A stretch of 30,550 nt of DNA from a virus (taxonomy: Duplodnaviria > Caudoviricetes): positions 1 through 30,550 of the IMG/VR virus record IMGVR_UViG_3300020358_000016, one strand, 5' to 3'. Made by a program: the position numbers and the translations under genes. Below the pieces are notes generated by a model. That model did not search any database and was not told the DNA's origin. It saw only the letters and a program-made list of their open reading frames with translations. The stretch's first letter is position 1, and each line of letters starts with the position of its first letter. Positions 20,859 through 29,870 of the stretch are shown here, in pieces.

Positions 20859-22343
20859 ATGCCTTTAATAGATTTAGCAAACCCTGCAGGTAGCCAAGCA
20901 TTGGCTCAATTAGCTGGACCGTTCGGTTCAGCACTAGGAGGTGGAAGCTTTCCGCAAAGTTACTCTTTTGCAAAAAAGTTTGTATCTAATGCTACTACTG
21001 CCTATGGTTCAGGTAGTAATGGAGTAACATCATTAGATGACCCTACTTATCTTGGTTTTAGTTTAATGTTTGATATTACTTCCCCTTTATTTAATGGTGC
21101 AGTACAAGGTAATCAAGGCATTCCGGCACCAGAGGTAAATCCTGCTGCTTCAATAAGTGGAGAGCTGCAAGTTAGCCAGGCACAAGGTCCTCAACAGAGA
21201 GACGGTAGAGAGAATGCTAATTATCCATCAACACCTTCAGCTGTAGCTTACTTGTCAAAAATTGGAGAAAATAATAGGGCTGAATACTTAAAAGCATTTA
21301 TACAAGGATTACAAGAAATTAATACAACACGACCATATTATTGGCAAACCATTGATGGTTTAATTGAAGCTTGGAATAAATCTACAAAATTTGAAATTGA
21401 TCCTTATACTGGTACAACTGGAGAAGAAGGGATTACTATAGGTTGTTTAGAAGCATTAGATTTAAAAATTACAGCATTATTTAGTTTATATAAAATGGCT
21501 GTTTATGATGTTAGATATAAAAGATTTATTGTTCCTAAAAATTTATTAAGATTTGATGTATATGTTTATGCACAAGAAATTAGAAAATTTAAAACAGTAA
21601 GAAATTGGCTTGGAGCTTTAGACAAATCAAAAGACCAAGATGATACTCTAAAACTTGTAAACGAAAATACTTCACAAGTTGGTTTTAAATTTACTGAATG
21701 TATGTTTGATCCTGCTGCAAGTGGAAATGTATTTGAAGGTGTAACTAATACAGGTGGAGAAATTGCTACTACACAAATGAAATGGAATTATGGCACAATG
21801 GAAAACATGTCACAATTCTCTGGTTATAATGATAAGTTAGATGAAAGTAAAATTCCTGCCAACACAAATCCTGATTTTTTCTCCAAAGCTGGACTAAAGC
21901 AATTTGGAAAAGATCAATTAGCTAATGCAGCAGCTGGTGCAATTAATGCTGTAGGTAGAACTGTGTCAAGTGCAATACAAGGTTTCACTTTAGGAAATGT
22001 ATTTGGATTAAGAAATAGTTTACTTGGTGCAATCTCAAATCCACAGGCTTTGGTTAATGCAGCAGTAGGTGCCGCTATACAAGGTGGAGAATTACCTACA
22101 TTTGGAAATGCTAGCGATATTACAAATATTGGTGATAATCCATTAGGTGTGCCAAACGAACCTGGACCGTTTAATCCAACTAAAGCTTTTGATCCAGCTG
22201 GACCAATTGGTGGAGGTTTAAATGCCAACCAAGTATTTGATCCTGCTGCGCCAGTAGGAGAAGGTTTAAGTTCAATTAATGCATTCGGTCCTTCAGGACC
22301 ACCAAACAATTCTACTATAAGTAACGATAATATATTTGACTAA
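20859..22343 (+). CDS. virion structural protein, tail-tube-fold (T4 gp19/gp54-like) with G/A/P-rich tail
   Basis: ITIGCLEALDLKITALFSLYKMAVYD...PKNLLRFDVYVY...FKFTECMF resembles the tube-protein core; baseplate context. Confidence 0.5.
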   Translation: MPLIDLANPAGSQALAQLAGPFGSALGGGSFPQSYSFAKKFVSNATTAYGSGSNGVTSLDDPTYLGFSLMFDITSPLFNGAVQGNQGIPAPEVNPAASISGELQVSQAQGPQQRDGRENANYPSTPSAVAYLSKIGENNRAEYLKAFIQGLQEINTTRPYYWQTIDGLIEAWNKSTKFEIDPYTGTTGEEGITIGCLEALDLKITALFSLYKMAVYDVRYKRFIVPKNLLRFDVYVYAQEIRKFKTVRNWLGALDKSKDQDDTLKLVNENTSQVGFKFTECMFDPAASGNVFEGVTNTGGEIATTQMKWNYGTMENMSQFSGYNDKLDESKIPANTNPDFFSKAGLKQFGKDQLANAAAGAINAVGRTVSSAIQGFTLGNVFGLRNSLLGAISNPQALVNAAVGAAIQGGELPTFGNASDITNIGDNPLGVPNEPGPFNPTKAFDPAGPIGGGLNANQVFDPAAPVGEGLSSINAFGPSGPPNNSTISNDNIFD

Positions 22344-23254
22344 TGGGAAAACCAAATCCAACAAATTTTAATGCAGACGATTTACGAACTACACAATGGG
22401 TAGGTATCGTTGAGGATAGTAATGATGATATCTTTGAAGGGAGATGTAAGATAAGAGTATATGGAAAAATGGATGATCGTGTAGATCCTGAAGATCCTGA
22501 GAGCGCATATAAGATTCCTACTATTTCATTGCCTTGGTCTAGACCGCATCAGTTAATGTATGGTGGAAGTAATACTGGTAGTGGTAAATTTGAAATTCCT
22601 AAATTAGGATCTGTTGTTAGAGTAACATTTGACAATGGAAATTTTTATCAACCTGTTTATCATGAAAACATTTATCCTTCAGATGAAACAAAGGCGGAGA
22701 TAGAAGCATCATATCAAAATTCGCATGTATTAATATATGATACTGCATTTGGTTTAACTGGTGAATTACAGGATGGTGTTTCTGAGGTAGAAAATGAAAG
22801 AGAAGGTGAGCACGTTAAAGTTTTCTTTACAGAAGAAAAAGGTTTAATGATGGATTACACCACAGCAGAAGGTCCAACTACAATTAATATAAAACCTGAT
22901 AACTCTGTTGAAGTAATAAATGCAAATGGAGATACAATCGTAATGCTTAATGATGGAAATATAACATTTACTCATTCTGCTCAATTTACAATTAATAGTG
23001 GAGCTGATACTGTAATTAATGCTGATACTAATTGTCTTATTAATTGTGTTGATGCTGTTATTTCTGCAAGCGGTGAAACACATATTAATTCCCCTAGAAT
23101 TAAATTAGGTGTGGCGGCTGCTGAAGCAGTTATTAAAGGTGATACATTTGCAGGTATATTTGACGGACATATACACCCAACACCATGTGGACCATCAGGT
23201 GCACCTATACAAAAAACAGCACCAGCATTAAGCGCTAAAAACACAACCGACTAA
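22343..23254 (+). CDS. baseplate central spike (gp5/VgrG/gpV-like)
   Basis: OB-fold WVGIVEDSNDDIFEGRCKIRVYG, LPWSRP, IPKLGSVVRVTFDNGNFYQPVY; beta-helix repeats; terminal HIH. Confidence 0.88.
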   Translation: MGKPNPTNFNADDLRTTQWVGIVEDSNDDIFEGRCKIRVYGKMDDRVDPEDPESAYKIPTISLPWSRPHQLMYGGSNTGSGKFEIPKLGSVVRVTFDNGNFYQPVYHENIYPSDETKAEIEASYQNSHVLIYDTAFGLTGELQDGVSEVENEREGEHVKVFFTEEKGLMMDYTTAEGPTTINIKPDNSVEVINANGDTIVMLNDGNITFTHSAQFTINSGADTVINADTNCLINCVDAVISASGETHINSPRIKLGVAAAEAVIKGDTFAGIFDGHIHPTPCGPSGAPIQKTAPALSAKNTTD

Positions 23255-23856
23255 TGCCTTGGAATCCAGCACCTATAACAGGAATACTACGTGGATGGAT
23301 GGCCGGGCAAGCAGCATCATCTTCAGAAGGGCCTTTTAGTTTTCAACCTATGGCATTGCAGATAGGATTAAATTATCATATTGCTGCTACTGCTGTTCAA
23401 ACTACATTTGCATCTCTTCCTTTAAAAAAAGGAACTGCCGCTGATATAACTAGTGGTTTTGAGGCTTCTTTTGAATTAGCTCAACAATGGACAACTGCTA
23501 ATATTAGTCAAGACTCACAAGAGGATAAAGATTGGTTTAAAGATTTACCTGATTCTGTTTGGTTGCCTGCTGCTTTAGGTGTAATAAAATATTGGACGGG
23601 TGGAATGATGACACCGCTACCTCCACCACCAGGTGGGGCCGTAGGAACTATAAATCCTATTTTATTTCCAGGATCGCCATCACCATTAAATACCATGATA
23701 GGTGCAGCTTTTAAAACAGGTGATGCTACTGCTCTATGTTCATTGTTAAATGTTGCTTTTGTTGCTCATTTAAAATTAGTAGCTGGAACATGGACTGGGT
23801 TTACCCCAAGTGCACCACCAGTACCATTAGTATTCCCTTGGGTTACATTATCATAA
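23254..23856 (+). CDS. hypothetical Pro/Ala-rich baseplate-associated protein
   Basis: 200 aa, TAATG-coupled to the spike gene. Confidence 0.7.
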   Translation: MPWNPAPITGILRGWMAGQAASSSEGPFSFQPMALQIGLNYHIAATAVQTTFASLPLKKGTAADITSGFEASFELAQQWTTANISQDSQEDKDWFKDLPDSVWLPAALGVIKYWTGGMMTPLPPPPGGAVGTINPILFPGSPSPLNTMIGAAFKTGDATALCSLLNVAFVAHLKLVAGTWTGFTPSAPPVPLVFPWVTLS

Positions 23857-23872
23857 AGTCTATCATATAATG

Positions 23873-23925
23873 AAACAATCAACTAACTCATATGTATAAC
23901 TAATACTAGATGTACAAATATATAA
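23873..23925 (+). promoter_or_regulatory. tandem class A (AAACAA-N16-TATAAC, 23873-23900) and class B (AATATATAA, 23917-23925) promoters
   Basis: Both motifs lie in the 97-nt gap before the S1 gene. Confidence 0.55.
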
Positions 23926-23953
23926 TCTATAATAACCTCATAAAAAATAAATA

Positions 23954-25096
23954 ATGACAGAACAAGAAATCACAATCCAATTAAGTGATGATCCATTTGA
24001 CACTAAAGTAGTAAAAGTCCAAGTTCCTGAAGGTACAAAATTAATGTGTAATGAAGCATATGCTGCTGATGCATTATCTTTATATGGAATTACAGATCAC
24101 CAAGCAAAGAAAACTCAACTTATAGAAGATAATGTAGGTTACATAACAAGAGGAGAGGTTTCATTTATGTCTAAAGATGGTGAAAGAGCTCTTATTGATA
24201 TTGAATCTAAATACACTGCTTACTGTGTTTTAGATAAAGAACCTGATTATATTGTAGAACAATTAGAGGTTGGTATGGAAATTGATGTTAAGATAAAAAC
24301 TAATCCAAAAACCGGAGACGTTATTGCTTCTATCTCTGATGCAATAAAAGAGGTTAAACTAAAAGAAATTAAAGAAGCTATAGGAAATTCTTCAGTTGGA
24401 TTTACTGCCAGAGTTAAAGAATTAATACACGGTGGATATTGGGTAGATGTTGCAGGTATTAAATGTTTTATGCCAGGTTCTTTAGGAGGTCTAAATAAAT
24501 TACATGATTTTAGTGCTATTGTTGGTAAAGAAATTGTTGTTATGCCAATTACATTTTCAAAAGAAAAAGATACTATCGTTGTATCCCACAGGGAATATTT
24601 AAGAACAATGATTCCAAGTACAATTGAGAAATTAAATGAAACTATAAAAGAACCTAGAATTGGTTTTGTTACAGGTACCACTAAGTTTGGTGTATTTGCT
24701 GAATTTGATGAATGCTTAACTGGATTAATACCTAAAGCTGAATTGAGTGATGAAATGCAAAAATCATTAGATGATAGAAATATTAAACCCGGTGATGAAA
24801 TAACATTCTGGGCAAAAGAGGTTATATCAGATAGAAAGATTATATTAAGCCAGTTAGGCCCTAAGATTGATCTGTGGGATGGTGTAGATGACAAATACAA
24901 ACCTATGATGGTTACTGAAGGTAAGGTAACTAAAATAACTTCATACGGTGCTTTTGTTGAATTGGAAAAAGGAATCAGTGGATTAATTCATAAATCAAAA
25001 TTAAAAGGTGCTGATTTATCTAAGGGTGATACTATAAATGTAAAAATTGGTAGTGTGAATGTTAGTGATCGTAAGATTACAATGAACATAGCATAA
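23954..25096 (+). CDS. rpsA: ribosomal protein S1 (bS1) homologue, four S1 domains
   Basis: D1 GEVSFM..ALIDIESK..LEVGMEIDVKI; D2 GGYWVDVAGIKCFMPGS..IVVSHR; D3 TTKFGVFAEF..LTGLIP; D4 GKVTKITSYGAFVELEKGISGLIHKS. Confidence 0.88.
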   Translation: MTEQEITIQLSDDPFDTKVVKVQVPEGTKLMCNEAYAADALSLYGITDHQAKKTQLIEDNVGYITRGEVSFMSKDGERALIDIESKYTAYCVLDKEPDYIVEQLEVGMEIDVKIKTNPKTGDVIASISDAIKEVKLKEIKEAIGNSSVGFTARVKELIHGGYWVDVAGIKCFMPGSLGGLNKLHDFSAIVGKEIVVMPITFSKEKDTIVVSHREYLRTMIPSTIEKLNETIKEPRIGFVTGTTKFGVFAEFDECLTGLIPKAELSDEMQKSLDDRNIKPGDEITFWAKEVISDRKIILSQLGPKIDLWDGVDDKYKPMMVTEGKVTKITSYGAFVELEKGISGLIHKSKLKGADLSKGDTINVKIGSVNVSDRKITMNIA

Positions 25097-25100
25097 CCTA

Positions 25101-25132
25101 TTCCTGGTTTGAATATATAAACAAATCAGGAA
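25101..25132 (+). promoter_or_regulatory. 11-bp hairpin with class B promoter motif in its loop, covering the amidoligase translation initiation region
   Basis: TTCCTGGTTTG-AATATATAAA-CAAATCAGGAA (one G-U); ATG at 25137. Confidence 0.65.
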
Positions 25133-25136
25133 CTAC

Positions 25137-26429
25137 ATGTACACTAACGAACAACTAAATGCTATATATGCATCCAAGATTGGATTAGAATTTGAATTCT
25201 TTGCTAATGAAGGGTTAGATGAGGTAAAAAGAAGCCTTTCTAATGTCTTAAATAAACAAATAAGAATAGAAGAAAAGGCTCATAGTGACTTTACCCCTTC
25301 TGATGAAATATTTAAATTAGAACCTGATAATTCTGGTGGAACAGGAATGATTGAATTGGTTACTGGACCAATGCCATTTGTTGAATCAAAACTTATTATT
25401 GCAAAAACTCTAAAGTGGATTCGTGAAAACGGGTCTACAAACGAGCGATGTAGTATTCATATAAATGTAGCATTTGATGGAAAGAAATTAGGAACACCAA
25501 CAAATGTATCTTCTTTAGATATTGGTAAGTTTGTTTTAAATTTTAATGAAGATGCTGTTTATGAAGCATTTCCAAACAGAAAAGATTCTGTTTATGCTAA
25601 GTCTATAAAGTTTATTGTTCCTTTAAGTGGAATGACCCAACCATCCCCTGAAAGAATTTCATGGAAAAACTATATGTTTGTATCTGAAAAGTATTATGGT
25701 GTAAACTTTTCTAAGTTACCTAAGAATTATATTGAATTTAGATATTTAGGTGGACAGGATTATGAAAAGAAATATAATACTATAATGAATATGACAGAAC
25801 ATTTTGTTTTATCATTATATGAAACTTTAATTAATCCAGTATATAATAAAGAAGACATTCAAAAGTTAGATCGTATTTTAGAAAAACATAGTGGAATTGT
25901 AGAATCTTATAAAGATTATCAAACATTTAAAAAGAAATTTCCTAAAATTCAATTAATGGTTGATCTCAAAACTTATGATCAAATAGTAGAAACATTTTAT
26001 CCTAAAATGAGAGAAGAGCTATTTAATCTTTTAACTAAAGCAGGACTTAAAGAAGGTTTAATTAATTATGATGCTGATACTGGAAGAATACAATTAAAGA
26101 ATGCTGAATTAATGAGGTGTTTTGAAATAAAAGGAATTGATATTGTAGATTGCAAAATTCAAGGTAATATTTTAAATTGTGATATATTTAGTTCTGAAAT
26201 AATAAATTCTTCATTATTTGAAAGTAATCTTTTTGGAGCCAGCGATGTTGCTGATTCTAAAATTGAAGATTCTTATGTTAGTAAAAATGTAATGTGTAAA
26301 GATTCCTATGTCTTTGGTGTAAGAGGTGTATTCAGTGGAGAAATGGAAGGTGGTATTTTTAGAAAAGGTAGAGCAACTAAAATGGCTAAGTTTGAAAATA
26401 CTGAAATAATTGAAATAGAAAAAATATAA
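25137..26429 (+). CDS. putative amidoligase (COOH-NH2 ligase type 2) with C-terminal beta-helix-like repeats
   Basis: KIGLEFEF, IELVTGPM, TNERCSIHINV, EKYYGVNF, YIEFRYLGG; C-terminal five-residue periodicity (IVDCKIQG..ILNCDIFSSEIINSSLFESNLF). Confidence 0.8.
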   Translation: MYTNEQLNAIYASKIGLEFEFFANEGLDEVKRSLSNVLNKQIRIEEKAHSDFTPSDEIFKLEPDNSGGTGMIELVTGPMPFVESKLIIAKTLKWIRENGSTNERCSIHINVAFDGKKLGTPTNVSSLDIGKFVLNFNEDAVYEAFPNRKDSVYAKSIKFIVPLSGMTQPSPERISWKNYMFVSEKYYGVNFSKLPKNYIEFRYLGGQDYEKKYNTIMNMTEHFVLSLYETLINPVYNKEDIQKLDRILEKHSGIVESYKDYQTFKKKFPKIQLMVDLKTYDQIVETFYPKMREELFNLLTKAGLKEGLINYDADTGRIQLKNAELMRCFEIKGIDIVDCKIQGNILNCDIFSSEIINSSLFESNLFGASDVADSKIEDSYVSKNVMCKDSYVFGVRGVFSGEMEGGIFRKGRATKMAKFENTEIIEIEKI

Positions 26430-26436
26430 ACAAAGT

Positions 26437-27300
26437 ATGGCTAATAAGAATACTTATTGTAATGATCCAGAGGAAGCAGCGTGTTTAGATGAGTTAATTA
26501 AATTAATTAATGACGATCTTACTATCGCTTGCCAAATCCCATTCACAGTTCCTAAAAAGGAATTAAATAATATTATACAAAGAGCAAAAAAATATTTTTA
26601 TAAAATTTATGAAGATAGTGTAGAGCAAATGTATATTGCTTTACCAGCAGGTGCGCTACAAGTACCAGCATTTAAACAAGGTGTACCTTTTGGAACTGGG
26701 CAAGACAAACAAGTCATAACTAATAAAGCTAATATTGATAATCCTAGAGGAATAGTTAAAATGCCTTCTAGAGTTTATTCAGTTAATGATGTATTTGAAA
26801 TTGGTGGATTTAGTGGAGAAGATGGTGGTTTTGGTAGTATGAGCTTTAATGCAGATGATGTAGATTTTTCAATTGATAAATTTATCTATGATGATGTTTA
26901 TGGTGCAGGTATTGGTAGTGAGAATTTAATGTATTATGTTGTTAATTCATTATTTATGGATAATGCAAGACAAGTTCTTTTACCACAAATATCATATACA
27001 TTTAATAGATTAACCAAGAAGTTTAGATTTCAAGGTGAAATTCCTAAAGGTGCTGTTATATTTGAAATATTTTCTACTATTCCTGATTGTACATTATTTG
27101 ATGATGAAGCATTCCAAAGATATGTTATAGGCCAAGCAAAAATTCAGCTGTCTAGAATACTAGGAACCTTCTCGTTTAATCTGCCAGGTAATATTACAAT
27201 TAATTATGATATGATTTCTTCTGAAGGAAGAGAAGAAGTAGATCGAGTAGTCGAAGAAATAAAAGGAGATGAAGGTGTTGATTACTTTTTCACAGGATAA
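26437..27300 (+). CDS. neck / head-tail adaptor protein (T4 gp13-like)
   Basis: ELNNIIQRAKKYFY near the N-terminus; C-terminal AKIQLSRILGTFSFNLPGNITINYDMISSEGREEVDRVVEEI matches the gp13 LPGGVTLN..EEI pattern. Confidence 0.75.
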   Translation: MANKNTYCNDPEEAACLDELIKLINDDLTIACQIPFTVPKKELNNIIQRAKKYFYKIYEDSVEQMYIALPAGALQVPAFKQGVPFGTGQDKQVITNKANIDNPRGIVKMPSRVYSVNDVFEIGGFSGEDGGFGSMSFNADDVDFSIDKFIYDDVYGAGIGSENLMYYVVNSLFMDNARQVLLPQISYTFNRLTKKFRFQGEIPKGAVIFEIFSTIPDCTLFDDEAFQRYVIGQAKIQLSRILGTFSFNLPGNITINYDMISSEGREEVDRVVEEIKGDEGVDYFFTG

Positions 27301-27331
27301 TTATAATCTGAAAGCTATTAAATAAAAAGAG

Positions 27332-27340
27332 AATATATAA
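27332..27340 (+). promoter_or_regulatory. putative late promoter, class B (AATATATAA)
   Basis: Exact motif 29 nt before ATG 27361. Confidence 0.6.
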
Positions 27341-27360
27341 TAAAAAATTAGTGTTCTTCC

Positions 27361-27723
27361 ATGATTAGAGATATTTATAGCAGAGATGCACTGGCTCCAA
27401 AGTTTAATGATAATACTTTAGAGGTTAGTGATAAGCTATCTCAGTTAATTCTTAAGATAGAAAATTGTCTTTTTACTAATAAAGGTGATGTTTTAGGAGC
27501 TCCTGGTATGGGTACTAATTTAGATGAATTAATTTTTTCATTAGTATTAAGTGCAAATACTATAGAGAATAATATTAATAGCCAGATAACTGCATACTGT
27601 TTACCAGATATTGCTGGCTTTAGTGTAGATACTAAAGTAAGTTTCTTTTCAACATTAGAGAGGGATGGTTGTTTAGTAGATATTTTTGTAAATGAACAAA
27701 GAGTTATAGGGGCTCTTTTTTAA
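27361..27723 (+). CDS. baseplate wedge / sheath initiator (T4 gp25-like)
   Basis: IENCLFTNKGDVLGAPGMGTNLDELIF. Confidence 0.85.
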   Translation: MIRDIYSRDALAPKFNDNTLEVSDKLSQLILKIENCLFTNKGDVLGAPGMGTNLDELIFSLVLSANTIENNINSQITAYCLPDIAGFSVDTKVSFFSTLERDGCLVDIFVNEQRVIGALF

Positions 27724-27736
27724 AATAATAGAATGA

Positions 27737-29593
27737 ATGTCATTTTTTAGTAAAACAAGATTAAGAGCCACTGAGTTATTTGAAGATTCATTCGAATACC
27801 TACAGCGTACTTATGATCAAGCCATAGAAACATTTACTCCTGCTTCACCATTTGGTCAAGTTTTGACTGTGGTGTCTAACTTAGGGGAATTAATATTTTT
27901 CTATATAGAAGCAATTGCCACAGAGATGAATATATCTCGAGCAAGAAACATTGAATCTATTTATGGTTTATCCAGATTAACTGGTCATGACCCTACAAGA
28001 GGTATATCTGCAAGAGGTATTATTGGATTACGATTAAACACAAGTGCATCTACCCTCCTTAATGGTGACTATGTACAAATTATGAATGGTGCAACTTTCC
28101 AAGTAGGACAAAACGGTTTAACTTATTTCTTAAAATTTAATAGTGATTTTATTAGATTAGATAAAACTACCAAAGCATTTGTCAATGTTGAAATTGTCCA
28201 AGGAGAAAAAGAAGATCAATCATTTACTGGAACTGGTAATCCATTACAAAGTTATAACTTAACTACCAAGGATCCTACCGATCAACATTTGGTAGAGGTT
28301 TTTGTTGATGGTCAATTATGGAAACTTGAAGATTCAATATATGATATGAATAATGGAGCTAAGGCTGCGATGGTTAAGACTAGTGTTAATGGTGGTTTAA
28401 GTGTATTTTTTGGAAATGGTTCTTTTGGAGAACCGCCTGCATTAGGTGCAAGAATTAGAATTACATATGTTAAGACTAGAGGTGTAGCTGGAAATATTGG
28501 AGGTAAACAATTAGATATTAAATTTATAGACCCAGGAACAGATTCATCTGGAGAACAGGCTGATTTAAACGAAATTCTTTCTATAAACATTACAAGAAAT
28601 CCAATGTTTGGGTCGGATTCTGAAGATCCACAATTTACTAGATTAATTGCACCGTATGCAAGTAATTCATTTGTATTAGCTAATCCTAATAATTATATTT
28701 ATTATTTAAGTAAGTATGACTTTTGGTCTTTTATAGATGCTTATAATACTAAGAATGATGAATATTTAGATGATGACAATATTATTTACTTATTCTTAAT
28801 TCCAGATGTAAAGAAAAAGTTAACAAGTGATTTAGATTATTTTAGTGTTCCTCAGGTTGAATTTACAATGACAACACAGGAAAAAGAAATGACTTATGAA
28901 ATATTAAATAAAAGTGGAAGACAGGTAGTTACTGCTGAAACTAGAATAGTGGATCCTATTATTAAAAGATATGCACTTAATATTGTAGTAAGATGGTTTG
29001 ATAATTATGATAAAGATTCTATAAGAATTGAAATAAGAAAAAATTTAGATGAATATTTCTTAAATGTAAATAGAAGAGACAGAATTCCAAGATCCGATAT
29101 TATTTCAATAATTGAAAATGTTGAAGGTATTGATTCGGTAAATGTATTCTTTATATCAGAAGTTAATGAAAAAGCTATAAGAGATGGTTTTTATTTTATT
29201 CCAGTTTATGGAACAGATCCTGTAACTGACCAAAGAGTTTTAATAGAGAATAAGAAAATTGTATTAAAGAAAGGTGAAGATCCACAATTAGGATTAGATA
29301 GTTTTGGAGATGTTATTATTGAAAATAATGATATAGCAATTATCCGAGGTGGATGGAAAGATAGAAATGGTACTTTTTATGAGCCTATACCAGAAGGTAA
29401 TAAAATTAGTTCTCTTAATGTATTCTATAAAGAAGCAATTGCAAATAATCTTTATAATAAAATACAACAAGAAAAATATAATAGCACTAAAAGAAATAGA
29501 GGTACGACAATAGCAACCGGTACAAATGCCGCGGGTTTAAATACAGGTAGGTTACAAAATACCCCAACACTAAAAGCATTAAAAGGAGAATAA
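27737..29593 (+). CDS. baseplate wedge subunit (T4 gp6 / baseplate J-like)
   Basis: EMNISRARNIESIYGLSRLTGHDP, VFFGNGSFGEPP..RIRITYVKTRGVAGN, GSDSED, IENVEGIDSV. Confidence 0.88.
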   Translation: MSFFSKTRLRATELFEDSFEYLQRTYDQAIETFTPASPFGQVLTVVSNLGELIFFYIEAIATEMNISRARNIESIYGLSRLTGHDPTRGISARGIIGLRLNTSASTLLNGDYVQIMNGATFQVGQNGLTYFLKFNSDFIRLDKTTKAFVNVEIVQGEKEDQSFTGTGNPLQSYNLTTKDPTDQHLVEVFVDGQLWKLEDSIYDMNNGAKAAMVKTSVNGGLSVFFGNGSFGEPPALGARIRITYVKTRGVAGNIGGKQLDIKFIDPGTDSSGEQADLNEILSINITRNPMFGSDSEDPQFTRLIAPYASNSFVLANPNNYIYYLSKYDFWSFIDAYNTKNDEYLDDDNIIYLFLIPDVKKKLTSDLDYFSVPQVEFTMTTQEKEMTYEILNKSGRQVVTAETRIVDPIIKRYALNIVVRWFDNYDKDSIRIEIRKNLDEYFLNVNRRDRIPRSDIISIIENVEGIDSVNVFFISEVNEKAIRDGFYFIPVYGTDPVTDQRVLIENKKIVLKKGEDPQLGLDSFGDVIIENNDIAIIRGGWKDRNGTFYEPIPEGNKISSLNVFYKEAIANNLYNKIQQEKYNSTKRNRGTTIATGTNAAGLNTGRLQNTPTLKALKGE

Positions 29594-29594
29594 T

Positions 29595-29864
29595 ATGGCA
29601 ACAGTTAAAAACAATAGAACAGGATTCCCTAGCCTATATAGAGCTACATATGAAAATGGCTGGGATTTAAAAAATACGGGATATAAATATGGTCCTGATT
29701 TATTAAAAAATTCTATGTCTTCTTATATGTTTAGAAATAGACATCTTAGCAAGTTCTTAACTGATTACTTAAATCCTATTATGGTATTTTATATTAACAG
29801 GGTTAAATACTTGAGAATTTATTTTAATTTTGCAGTTCCTAAGTGGTATCAAAAAATAAATTAA
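29595..29864 (+). CDS. small hypothetical baseplate-region protein
   Basis: 89 aa, 1 nt after the gp6-like stop. Confidence 0.7.
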   Translation: MATVKNNRTGFPSLYRATYENGWDLKNTGYKYGPDLLKNSMSSYMFRNRHLSKFLTDYLNPIMVFYINRVKYLRIYFNFAVPKWYQKIN

Positions 29865-29870
29865 AAGATA

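Noticed and set aside
19352-22343. Two adjacent genes both exactly 494 aa, suggesting duplication
   Set aside because: No visible sequence similarity and different predicted folds; treated as coincidence.
24247-24900. 217-aa antisense ORF inside the S1 gene
   Set aside because: It has an Ile/Ser/Phe-rich composition typical of a codon-bias shadow, and no promoter motif or domain.
25101-25132. Simple rho-independent terminator for the S1 gene
   Set aside because: No downstream U-tract, a large 10-nt loop equal to the promoter motif, and the stem abuts the next start codon.
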